A stretch of 64,000 bases of DNA from a candidate division WS6 bacterium GW2011_GWF2_39_15 (GTDB lineage Bacteria > Patescibacteriota > Dojkabacteria > SC72), in the NCBI GenBank assembly GCA_000993565.1, contig LBWK01000001.1, forward strand, positions 84,869 to 148,868. The letters are read 5' to 3'. A program made the translations under genes and the position numbers. How positions within the stretch are numbered: position 1 is the first letter of the stretch; the number at the start of each line of letters is the position of its first letter. The notes beneath the pieces are model-generated. The model searched no databases, was not told the DNA's origin, and saw nothing but the letters and a program-made list of their open reading frames with translations. This document shows positions 49,143-57,693 of this stretch, in pieces.

Positions 49143-49427
49143 ATGACATACTCACAGGCGGATAAATATTCCCGTATGTTTAGAGTTTTATCAGATCCAT
49201 ACGCCCTACTTATATTAGATATACTTTTTGAAACAGATGGGGAACAAACACCAGAAGAATTAGCATCGCAAGTTAAGACTAGTGAGAGCAAGGCGAGGGG
49301 AATATGTGAAGAATTAAGGCAGCTTAATGTATTAGATAAGGATAATGAAGACGGTAGGGACGTGTACGAGGCTATAGATTCACAGTATGGTAACTTCTTA
49401 GAGGCTGTTATTGAAAAGATAGACTAG
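49143..49427 (+). CDS. ArsR-like winged-helix protein
   Basis: FRVLSDPYALLIL...TPEELA...ELRQLNVL...GRDVYE. Confidence 0.75.
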   Translation: MTYSQADKYSRMFRVLSDPYALLILDILFETDGEQTPEELASQVKTSESKARGICEELRQLNVLDKDNEDGRDVYEAIDSQYGNFLEAVIEKID

Positions 49428-49492
49428 TGGCCTCCTGTGAGCTTCTGATTTAAAATCATTGAAACCCACAGGAAATGGGGTGGCCAACTAGT
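49423..49492 (-). other. Long bulged RNA hairpin in the 3' UTR of 49493-49825
   Basis: Minus strand ACTAGTTGGCC-[ACCCCATT bulge]-TCCTGTGGGTTTC-AA-TGATTTTAAATCA-GAAGCTCACAGGA-GGCCACTAGT; 13-bp core stem with two G-U pairs. Confidence 0.75.
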
Positions 49493-49852
49493 TCAGAACT
49501 TCTCATTCTGAGTGGCTTGCCATGCAGCAAGGCTACCCAAAAGCTGAGCTCCGTTAAAAAGACCAAAAGCAAGTGATGCCAACGCAGAGATTAAGTACTG
49601 ATCGAATGCTAAAGGCATAACCATCAGAGCATAAATTAATCCCTGTGCTGCTCTCACAAGCCAACGTCTCTCCACCAATGTGCTTGCGTATCCCATAGCA
49701 AGAAGGATACCCATGAACACACTAATGTGTCCAGAATTCATCCTCGCGAGTATTACTGCAAGGATAAATCCGCATAAAGCCCCTCCAAAGTCCGAAGCAT
49801 TCTGACGAATATCTTCATTTGACATAGTAGGCCTCCTTTAGGCCACCCCATT
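49474..49852. repeat. Perfect 12-bp inverted repeat flanking a small membrane-protein gene
   Basis: AATGGGGTGGCC at 49474-49485 and GGCCACCCCATT at 49841-49852. Confidence 0.9.
49493..49825 (-). CDS. Small hydrophobic membrane protein (3-4 TM), unknown function
   Basis: 110-aa ORF with strong SD AAAGGAGG 6 nt before ATG and an upstream TGGTATAAT promoter. Confidence 0.75.
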   Translation of the reverse strand: MSNEDIRQNASDFGGALCGFILAVILARMNSGHISVFMGILLAMGYASTLVERRWLVRAAQGLIYALMVMPLAFDQYLISALASLAFGLFNGAQLLGSLAAWQATQNEKF

Positions 49853-49859
49853 GTGTTGG

Positions 49860-49868
49860 ATTATACCA
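49860..49868 (-). promoter_or_regulatory. Extended -10 promoter (TGGTATAAT) for 49493-49825
   Basis: Plus strand attatacca; predicted TSS near 49853-49854, at the edge of the inverted repeat. Confidence 0.6.
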
Positions 49869-49951
49869 TCTCACTATAGGGTAGATAAAGGTATAATAAG
49901 GTTAGAGCTATGAAGTTTCTTTAATGTAAATATCTATGTTATATTATCTCC

Positions 49952-50626
49952 ATGTATAAAAATATTATCTTTGATTTTGACGGTACTCTCAATGACTCAC
50001 GCGATTTCACTATCGCTACATTTGTGGGAATAATGAAGGAGAGAATAAAGAGAAACTTTAATCATTATTTAAGTAAAGATAAAAGAGAAATACTCCAAGA
50101 AGTACGAACACTCACATTCAGGACACTCAAAGAACGCTTCAAACTCAACCTGATTACCTTTCTCAAAACCAATATCCGAATACAGGAATTAGAATATCAG
50201 TTCCTAGTAAATAATAGTAAAGAGACAGTACTAAAGGAACTTCCTTTCTACAACGGAATGATTGAACTTACTGAAGAGCTAAAAAAACAAGGAAGAAATA
50301 TATATATACTCTCCTCAAATAAAGCTAAGGTAATTAAATACATGCTTAAACTAATTGGAAAAGAAGATCTCTTTATAGATATAAATGGAGAAACCAGCCT
50401 TTTTGGAAAGGAAATGAAACTTAGAACATTTATGTCCAAACACAAAATGAAAAAGGAAGATACAATTTATATAGGTGATGAATCAAGAGATGCATATGCT
50501 TCTAAAAAGGTCGGTATTTCAATAGCCTCTGTGACATGGGGATATGCAAATACTAAAGTGCTCCAACTTGAAAAACCTACTTACATTTGTGAGAGTGTAA
50601 AAGAATTAAGAAAAATTCTCCTCTAA
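49952..50626 (+). CDS. HAD-superfamily hydrolase (phosphoglycolate phosphatase-like)
   Basis: IIFDFDGTL, ILSSN, YIGDESRD, VTWGY. Confidence 0.92.
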   Translation: MYKNIIFDFDGTLNDSRDFTIATFVGIMKERIKRNFNHYLSKDKREILQEVRTLTFRTLKERFKLNLITFLKTNIRIQELEYQFLVNNSKETVLKELPFYNGMIELTEELKKQGRNIYILSSNKAKVIKYMLKLIGKEDLFIDINGETSLFGKEMKLRTFMSKHKMKKEDTIYIGDESRDAYASKKVGISIASVTWGYANTKVLQLEKPTYICESVKELRKILL

Positions 50627-50657
50627 GCTTGATTTCAAAACTAAAACAATCGGGAAC

Positions 50658-50734
50658 TGGTCGGGGAGACAGGACTTGAACCTGCGGCCTCTGCGTCCCA
50701 AACGCAGCGTTCTAGCCATCTGAACTACTCCCCG
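50658..50734 (-). tRNA. tRNA-Pro (anticodon TGG)
   Basis: Reverse complement CGGGGAGTAGTTCAGATGGCTAGAACG-CTGCG-TTTGGGA-CGCAG-AGGCCGCAGGTTCAAGTCCTGTCTCCCCGACCA. Confidence 0.95.
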
Positions 50735-50764
50735 AAATCTTCTGCATTTTAACACACTATTCTT

Positions 50765-50796
50765 AAAAACAAAAAGGGAGGATCACTCCTCCCTTT
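50765..50796 (-). terminator. Intrinsic terminator downstream of 50818-51216
   Basis: Minus strand AAAGGGAGGA-GTGA-TCCTCCCTTT followed by TTGTTTTT. Confidence 0.8.
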
Positions 50797-50817
50797 CCAT
50801 TAACAAAGTAAATAAGT

Positions 50818-51216
50818 TTAGAACTTATTCATCATCTGTAATGCATACTTGGAAAGAACAGGAACATCCCATCTCTCACCCTTGTATGCTTTCATAGCGG
50901 CAACAATGATAAGGATTAAGCTACCTAAGCTAAGCAAAGGCATAAGGCAAACGCTTAAAACCCCCATTATTACGTTTACAACAGGAATTAAACCTAAAAC
51001 AAACATAAGCACACCGAGACCTAAACCTGCTACAACAAGTAGTCCAAACTGAGCTGCGTAATATCTTACAAAAAGATCCTTCTTCTCTACGAAGAAAACA
51101 ACTGCACCAACAATTGGGATGCAGGACAAAGCTGCCATAAGAGCATTATCTTTATTGAACTTAATATCGTTCAATGATACTTGTCTTACAGCGTCCTTTA
51201 CGGTAGTTTCTGCCAT
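50818..51216 (-). CDS. DUF4870-like small membrane protein
   Basis: MAALSCIPIVG...EKKDLFVRYYAAQ...KAYKGERWDVPV. Confidence 0.8.
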   Translation of the reverse strand: MAETTVKDAVRQVSLNDIKFNKDNALMAALSCIPIVGAVVFFVEKKDLFVRYYAAQFGLLVVAGLGLGVLMFVLGLIPVVNVIMGVLSVCLMPLLSLGSLILIIVAAMKAYKGERWDVPVLSKYALQMMNKF

Positions 51217-51300
51217 TTAAAGTAATATAATATATTAATCTCCATAGTATAGAAGAGAAGTGGTCAATAAATCAATAGACAAATTTTTTACTACAAGATG

Positions 51301-51335
51301 TTGAAATATATCTCCGAGAGGTATACTATGTATAC
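51301..51335 (+). promoter_or_regulatory. lexA promoter (TTGAAA-17-TACTAT) overlapped by palindrome GTATAC-N3-GTATAC
   Basis: TTGAAA 51301-51306, TACTAT 51324-51329, GTATACtatGTATAC 51321-51335. Confidence 0.45.
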
Positions 51336-51358
51336 ATTAATATATTAGCCATTAATAT

Positions 51359-51994
51359 ATGAACCAATATTTAACAGAAAAACAGGTTAGGGTGTTAACA
51401 ACTATCAGGGACTTTTTCCTTGAGAATGGTTACGCTCCATCTCTAAGTGAGTTGCAATTAATGCTAAGTATTAATACCAAAAGGGGAGTAGTAAATCATT
51501 TGGAATCACTCGAAAAGAAGGGATATATTATTAGAACAAGTGAACCAAGAGGTATTAAGCTTGTTGAGGAGGAGGAGTATGAATATATGATCGGAATTCC
51601 CATACTCGGATATGCCAATGCCGGCCAGCCCCTCGCAATTGCAGAGGAGGATAGACTGGGTCTGCTTCACGTAGACAAGTCTCTACTTAGTCATAAATCA
51701 AACCTTTTTGCCCTAATTGTCACCGGTGACTCAATGAACCAAAGGAATATCGAAGGGAAACCAATGAGCGATGGAAGCTATATTATTGTTTCAAAGGATA
51801 GTGATGTAACCAACGGCGACGCAGTAGTTGCAGTCTTAGACAACTCTGCGACCGTAAAATCCTATAAGAAATCTGATGACATGATAATACTATACCCGGA
51901 GTCTGATAATCCCAAACATCAACCTATATACCTTGATCAGTTCAGTAACAGTTTAATTAATGGTAAAGTTATAAAAGTACTTGAAAGACCATAA
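51359..51994 (+). CDS. lexA: SOS repressor LexA
   Basis: LTEKQ...GYAPSLSEL...HLESLEKKGYI; ANAG cleavage site; GDSM Ser and ATVK Lys dyad. Confidence 0.95.
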   Translation: MNQYLTEKQVRVLTTIRDFFLENGYAPSLSELQLMLSINTKRGVVNHLESLEKKGYIIRTSEPRGIKLVEEEEYEYMIGIPILGYANAGQPLAIAEEDRLGLLHVDKSLLSHKSNLFALIVTGDSMNQRNIEGKPMSDGSYIIVSKDSDVTNGDAVVAVLDNSATVKSYKKSDDMIILYPESDNPKHQPIYLDQFSNSLINGKVIKVLERP

Positions 51995-51997
51995 CAA

Positions 51998-52537
51998 ATG
52001 GCTTCAGTGTTGGAGATATACAAGGGTAATAAATATGTAAAGCTAGTCATAATACTTAGACTGCTCGGATATCTCGTTATCCCCTTTAAACCTCTTGAAG
52101 GGATCTTGCTTTCTATGTTTTTGGATTGTGTTGACTGGTGGATCCTAAGCTGGGGAGGTATACCTAAAAGAATGTACCATGTTTTGGATAAACCTTTGGA
52201 TTACATTCAATACCTAGTTATGCTTATACCTCTTTTTCACACCCCAATATTTCCTGCATATGCACTTCTTTTATTATGGAGGACAATTGGGCTAATAATC
52301 TACACAAAAAAACATAGCAACAAAATATTTGCCCTCTTTCCAAATGTCGCCGAATTGCTAGCGCTAATATACCTGATTTCCGAGAAATTCAACCTTAATA
52401 TAAACGTCCTGGATTTTAAAATTTTGTTCCTCCTCCTTGTAATCAAAGTAATACAAGAGTTTTGGCTACACTATTTTTCCAGAGGAGTAACCTACCAGTG
52501 GATCTATAACTTGAGAAAAATATTGTCGCAGAAATAG
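51998..52537 (+). CDS. Hypothetical multi-TM membrane protein
   Basis: Hydrophobic; LDCVD...YHVLDKPLD...LFPN; 3 nt after lexA. Confidence 0.7.
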   Translation: MASVLEIYKGNKYVKLVIILRLLGYLVIPFKPLEGILLSMFLDCVDWWILSWGGIPKRMYHVLDKPLDYIQYLVMLIPLFHTPIFPAYALLLLWRTIGLIIYTKKHSNKIFALFPNVAELLALIYLISEKFNLNINVLDFKILFLLLVIKVIQEFWLHYFSRGVTYQWIYNLRKILSQK

Positions 52538-52559
52538 TAATGTAGTATTATTACTCAGC

Positions 52560-53543
52560 TTGAATTATCAATCTCGGATGATGGATATAAACACAGATAA
52601 CATTCTAATTGGCGATACAATTTATATCTCAGGACACAAGAAGCCTGACCTAGATGCAGTCGTCTCAGCATATTCATACCAGATATATAGACACGCCAGG
52701 GGTGACTTCAACTATATAGCAATTAGATCTGATGATGTAAATGCAGTTACAAAATGGATTTTCAATCACTTCAAGCTGGATATCCCAATGCTAATTAGAG
52801 ATGTAAGCGGGAAGAAACTTGTACTTGTTGATCATACAGATCCCGTACAAAGGCCAGATGGATGGGAAAGAGCTGAGATTATTGAAGTCGTAGACCACCA
52901 CAACCTCAAACTTGAAACAACAGTACCTCCAAAGATAACTATAAGACCATACGGATCAACCTCTACGCTTGTAGGACAGAAATTGATACAGGCCAATGTT
53001 AAAATCCAACCCAATGTTGCAGGCCTTATGCTCGCAGCGATTATCGATGACACTCTTGCTCTTAGGTCGCCAATAACAACGTATGTCGACAGATCTATTG
53101 CCGGACAGCTATCTGCAATTGCAGGTATCTCCGACATATCCTCGTTTGCCCGCGAACTCTTTGATCATAAAGATATATGGCTCAAGCTGAAAGCAAACCA
53201 GATTATAAATACTGACATTAAAGAATTCGATGCAAATGGTACATCTGTTGTTATAACACAAGTAGAAACCATGGATAACCAAAAACTTTCAAAAAAAGAA
53301 CCCGAACTCGTTCTGGAACTTAAAAAACTAAACCGAACACAGCCTAAGGACATTAGAATTGTTATGCTGACTGATCTTCTCAGAAATGATTGTATTATCC
53401 TTGCGGATGGGAACAAAGCACAGGATCTAGAGAAAATTTTCGGGACTCAACTTGAGAAAGGAAATAGAATGTACCTTCCAGGGGTCCTTTCAAGAAAAAA
53501 GCAAGTTCTTCCTCCAATACTTGATTATTATACTAAGATATAA
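52560..53543 (+). CDS. ppaC: Mn-dependent inorganic pyrophosphatase (family II, DHH); start may be ATG 52578
   Basis: GHKKPDLD, LVDH, VDHH, GSTST, DTL, SRKKQVLP. Confidence 0.93.
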   Translation: MNYQSRMMDINTDNILIGDTIYISGHKKPDLDAVVSAYSYQIYRHARGDFNYIAIRSDDVNAVTKWIFNHFKLDIPMLIRDVSGKKLVLVDHTDPVQRPDGWERAEIIEVVDHHNLKLETTVPPKITIRPYGSTSTLVGQKLIQANVKIQPNVAGLMLAAIIDDTLALRSPITTYVDRSIAGQLSAIAGISDISSFARELFDHKDIWLKLKANQIINTDIKEFDANGTSVVITQVETMDNQKLSKKEPELVLELKKLNRTQPKDIRIVMLTDLLRNDCIILADGNKAQDLEKIFGTQLEKGNRMYLPGVLSRKKQVLPPILDYYTKI

Positions 53544-53576
53544 CCAACAAGTGAAAAAAGTGATAGTATATTCAAT

Positions 53577-54308
53577 ATGAACCTTCTGACAGTAACAGAC
53601 CTGACGAAAAAGTACAAAGATTTCAAGGCAGTAAACAGCATTTCATTCAGTATACCTAAGGGAGAGATATTCGCCCTTATCGGTCCAAACGGGGCAGGCA
53701 AATCAACCACGCTAAAGATCATCGCAACAATACTTCAACCGACATCAGGTAAAATAACTCTTGAAAATAAAGACTTCAAAAATATGCGCGATGATGTACG
53801 AAAAATGATTACGTACCTTCCAGAAGAAGCAGGTGCATATAAAAACATGAAAGGAATTGACTATCTAAACTTTATGGCACAGCTCTACAGCACCAGTAAA
53901 GCAGAGGCGACAGAAGCTATAAAATTTGCCCGCGAGTTATCAGACTTAGGCAACAAACTGAGAGATAAAATATCCACATATAGCAAAGGGATGACGAGAA
54001 AACTCCTCTTAGCAAGAGCTCTAATGTCAAAACCTAAATTGGCAATTCTAGATGAGCCCACAAGCGGTCTTGATGTAATTAACGCTTTACACATAAGAAG
54101 AACAATTAAACAAATGAGCAAATTAGGGATGACTGTACTACTTTCTTCCCATAACATGCTTGAAATAGAGTTTCTGTCAGATAGAGTTGCAATTATCGAT
54201 AAGGGTGAAATCATTGAGATCGGAGAACCAAATGAGTTGATGAAAAAACATAATGCGAAGAATCTTGAAGAAGTATTTTCTAATTTAACACAAAAACAGA
54301 ATGAGTAA
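53577..54308 (+). CDS. ABC-2 exporter ATP-binding protein (NatA-like)
   Basis: GPNGAGKST, YSKGMTRK, DEPTSGLD. Confidence 0.93.
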   Translation: MNLLTVTDLTKKYKDFKAVNSISFSIPKGEIFALIGPNGAGKSTTLKIIATILQPTSGKITLENKDFKNMRDDVRKMITYLPEEAGAYKNMKGIDYLNFMAQLYSTSKAEATEAIKFARELSDLGNKLRDKISTYSKGMTRKLLLARALMSKPKLAILDEPTSGLDVINALHIRRTIKQMSKLGMTVLLSSHNMLEIEFLSDRVAIIDKGEIIEIGEPNELMKKHNAKNLEEVFSNLTQKQNE

Positions 54309-55548
54309 GTTTTGGGTTTTGCTTAAAAAGGAGGTCAAAGAGCTACTCACTCCACAAATGATTGTTCCCTTCATTGCAATGGTTGTTGTCTTCATGCTTA
54401 TGGGAAATATCATAGGCAACGAGACTGAAAAGCAAACTTCGCAAAAGGTTCAAATTGTTTTTACTGATAACGATAAGACACCGTCCAGTAACACAATCAA
54501 ACAATCAATGGAAGCGGCCGGATATGAAATAACTACCAAAAGTTCAGCACAATCACATGTGGTAATACCACAAAACTTTGAAAGTGATTTAAAGGCTCAA
54601 AAACAACCAACCATTGAAATAATCACTAAGTTAGATAATCTTTCCATTGTAAACAATGTCAATACACAACGAACAGCACAAATAGGAACACTCATTAATG
54701 AATTAACGGCAAACATTGTTCTACAATCCAAGCTAAAACCAAATGATATAGCCTTTTCAAAGCAACCAGTAAAAATATCCGATACAGTTAAATTCAACAA
54801 CAAAATGGCACAAATCACGGTCGGAGAAATCTTCGGTTACCTATTATCACAATCAACCGTTGTACCAATTGTCCTCTTTTTGGTTATAACACTAGCTTCG
54901 CAATTAGTTGCAACAGCAATCGCATCCGAAAAAGAAAACAAAACATTAGAGACTTTACTATCAATACCTATCAGCAGGAAATCTATTGTGGCTGCTAAGC
55001 TAATGGCAAGTGGAGTAGTTTCATTCTTTATTTCTATCCTATACCTATACGGAATGAAATCATACATGGGAGGTTTGACATCCACAGCAACACAAAGTCT
55101 AGACCAGAGCAAGGTACAGGAAGCTATTCAGCAATTGGGCCTAAATATGGGAGCAACGGATTATGCACTTCTCGGACTCAGTCTGTTCCTCGGAATAATG
55201 GTTGCACTTTCATTCGCTTTTATATTAGGAACTTTTGTTGAAGATATAAAGTCTGTACAAGGTGCAATAACTCCATTAATGGTAATGTTGCTTATCCCAT
55301 ATGTCCTAACTCTGCTACTCGACATTTCAACTCTAGCCTTGCCCGTCAAAATGCTTGTATATGCAATACCCTTCACACACACCTTTACGGCGATGAATAA
55401 TATTACATTAGGAAGATTCCCTGAGCTCTACGCAGGGATGGCGTATATGCTTGTAATTGTCATAGTGGGTATAATTGTCGCAAGCAAACTCTTTTCTTCA
55501 GAGAAGATATTTACATTCAAGCTTAACTTTTTCAAGAAGAGTGCATAA
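54301..55548 (+). CDS. ABC-2 exporter permease (NatB-like)
   Basis: KKEVKELL, IASEKENKTLETLLSIPISR, AIPFTH. Confidence 0.88.
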   Translation: MSKFWVLLKKEVKELLTPQMIVPFIAMVVVFMLMGNIIGNETEKQTSQKVQIVFTDNDKTPSSNTIKQSMEAAGYEITTKSSAQSHVVIPQNFESDLKAQKQPTIEIITKLDNLSIVNNVNTQRTAQIGTLINELTANIVLQSKLKPNDIAFSKQPVKISDTVKFNNKMAQITVGEIFGYLLSQSTVVPIVLFLVITLASQLVATAIASEKENKTLETLLSIPISRKSIVAAKLMASGVVSFFISILYLYGMKSYMGGLTSTATQSLDQSKVQEAIQQLGLNMGATDYALLGLSLFLGIMVALSFAFILGTFVEDIKSVQGAITPLMVMLLIPYVLTLLLDISTLALPVKMLVYAIPFTHTFTAMNNITLGRFPELYAGMAYMLVIVIVGIIVASKLFSSEKIFTFKLNFFKKSA

Positions 55549-55609
55549 AATAGCGTTTACACCAATACTCGTTTCCTATACACTAGGATATTATTCATAA
55601 TATGCTGAC

Positions 55610-56932
55610 ATGCAAAAGATATACCGATTTCCTACAAACTTTCTCTGGGGGGCAAGTACAGCTGCACATCAAATAGAAGGAGACTGTACAAATGATTGGA
55701 GTGTATGGGAAAAGAAAAATGCCCAACGACTTGCAAAACAGGCCATACGGATATATAGACACCTTCCCAAATGGGATAGATTAAAGGAACAGGCACAGAA
55801 TCCTGCGAATTATATTTCAGGGAAATCAATTGACGGTTATAACCGTTACAGGGAGGATATGAACCTTCTCAAAGATATTGGGCTTAATTCGTACAGGTTC
55901 TCAATCGAATGGTCCAGAATCGAGCCAGAAGAGGGAGCATATGACGAAAAGGAGATTCAGCACTATCTGGAACAGCTGGAGTATATTAAATCAAAAGGGA
56001 TTGCAACAGTTGTTACTATCTGGCACTGGACAATTCCAACCTGGCTTGCAAATAAAAAAGGAGTTTTGTATCCAAACTTTCAAAAATCCTTTGTTGCTTT
56101 TGCAACTTTATTGGCAAAACGGCTTGGGAAGTATGTAGACTACTGGATTACACTCAATGAACCAGATGTTTATACAATGCAATCTTATCTGCAAGGTTTC
56201 CGCCCCCCAAGAAAGAAAAACTTTCTTAAAACACTTTATATCTACTTCATTTTACTCCCCAATGTACACAATGAGACTTATGATGCTATAAAGGAAGTTC
56301 TGCCTAAAAGCAAAATAAGTCTATCAAAACAGTTTGTAGGATATACCGCTATTGGAAACACTTTTGAAAACAGACTGATTGTTTTACTTGCACAGTTCTT
56401 TACCAATGATCTTTTCATGAACAGAGTCAAATCACATTTGGATTTTGTAGGAATTAATCATTACTTTACAACCAGAATAAATCTGTTTAGAGTAAAAACG
56501 CTTCTATTTAAATCCGCTCTAAACGAGTTCAAATATCTAGATCCACAAAATCGCATCTATTCGGATTTCGGGTGGGAACTTTACCCTAAAAGCCTTTATC
56601 TTGCTCTGAAGGATCTCAGGAAATATAAGCTTCCTGTAATGATAACGGAACACGGACTGGCGGACTCAGAAGACATTTATAGAAAGTGGTTTATAAAAGA
56701 CTCTCTCAAATACTTAGCAAAAGCTATGAACGAAGGAGTTAACGTGATCGGGTATCATCACTGGTCTCTATTAGATAACTTCGAATGGGATCAGGGCTTC
56801 TGGCCGCAGTTCGGGCTAATTGCTGTCAACAGAAAGACAATGGAGAGAAAAATAAGGAAAAGTGCCTTTACATACGGTAATATCGCGAGAAAAAATACAA
56901 TTAATCTACCTGAACATGAAGACGAAAAATAA
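55610..56932 (+). CDS. Glycoside hydrolase family 1 (beta-glucosidase-like)
   Basis: FLWGASTAAHQIEG, YRFSIEWSRI, TLNEP (acid/base), ITEHG (nucleophile), DNFEW. Confidence 0.95.
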   Translation: MQKIYRFPTNFLWGASTAAHQIEGDCTNDWSVWEKKNAQRLAKQAIRIYRHLPKWDRLKEQAQNPANYISGKSIDGYNRYREDMNLLKDIGLNSYRFSIEWSRIEPEEGAYDEKEIQHYLEQLEYIKSKGIATVVTIWHWTIPTWLANKKGVLYPNFQKSFVAFATLLAKRLGKYVDYWITLNEPDVYTMQSYLQGFRPPRKKNFLKTLYIYFILLPNVHNETYDAIKEVLPKSKISLSKQFVGYTAIGNTFENRLIVLLAQFFTNDLFMNRVKSHLDFVGINHYFTTRINLFRVKTLLFKSALNEFKYLDPQNRIYSDFGWELYPKSLYLALKDLRKYKLPVMITEHGLADSEDIYRKWFIKDSLKYLAKAMNEGVNVIGYHHWSLLDNFEWDQGFWPQFGLIAVNRKTMERKIRKSAFTYGNIARKNTINLPEHEDEK

Positions 56933-57686
56933 AGAGTATTCCATCAAGGACTACGTGCTCGAGTATATGTTTATAACTCGTACCGGGCGACTCATCAGTT
57001 TCTCATACATTGTTATTGGAGTTTTCCTTCTCGGAGGCTACCAAGCCATAAATTATAATTACGGAAAACTCTTTGAAACGTTCCTGTTTGCTGGAGTTTT
57101 AGCTTATGGAGGTGTTTATGCCTTTAATAAATATACCGATTACACTGAGGACCAAAAGGTAGAGTACAAGTCAAAGAAAAGCAAAATTTTTGAAATATTC
57201 AGCAGAGACGATACTCTAGTTATTGCAATAGTAAATATGCTCTTAGGTTCAGTTCTGACACATCTCTTTTTACCTCAAATATTTGTTACAACCATTTCGC
57301 TTATTACCATTAATATAATATATTCCATTTACCTCAAGAAGTTTAATAGGCTTCTTGCCGTACTTCTAATATCAACAACCGGCCCACTGAAATTACTAAT
57401 TGGTATGCAGATTATAGGAGGTTCGCTAGAGCCGATTATTCCTATCCTCTTTACACATTTTTCGCTTTCCCTTGCCGTGCATATCTATAAACAACAACTA
57501 AAAGGATACCTAACGGACCAATGGTATAACCGAGTTCAAGTAGTCATCCTATGTCTTGTGCTAGTTTTCAGTTTATATATCTATACAGTACTTCAAAACA
57601 TAGTTCCTCTACTTTTTTCAATCATTGGAATTTCATCATGGACAATTTTCAGATATACTGGGTTTAAGAAAATATTTTTGCACTAA
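56916..57686 (+). CDS. UbiA-family prenyltransferase-like membrane protein with degenerate Asp motif (track start 56862)
   Basis: YGGVYAFNKYTDYTED versus NDxxDxxxD; NIIYSIYLKK; multi-TM. Confidence 0.6.
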   Translation: MKTKNKEYSIKDYVLEYMFITRTGRLISFSYIVIGVFLLGGYQAINYNYGKLFETFLFAGVLAYGGVYAFNKYTDYTEDQKVEYKSKKSKIFEIFSRDDTLVIAIVNMLLGSVLTHLFLPQIFVTTISLITINIIYSIYLKKFNRLLAVLLISTTGPLKLLIGMQIIGGSLEPIIPILFTHFSLSLAVHIYKQQLKGYLTDQWYNRVQVVILCLVLVFSLYIYTVLQNIVPLLFSIIGISSWTIFRYTGFKKIFLH

Positions 57687-57693
57687 AATTATA

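Noticed and set aside
49423-49852. Inverted-repeat cassette as IS/MITE, integron attC cassette or retron
   Set aside because: No transposase, integrase or reverse transcriptase in the window, no target-site duplication, and no properly placed RYYYAAC/GTTRRRY attC ends; G-U pairing argues for an RNA-level structure.
350-50734. tRNA genes as prophage or island integration sites
   Set aside because: No duplicated tRNA 3' ends, integrase or phage genes seen; the similarity of the two tRNA-Gly genes reflects isoacceptor paralogy.
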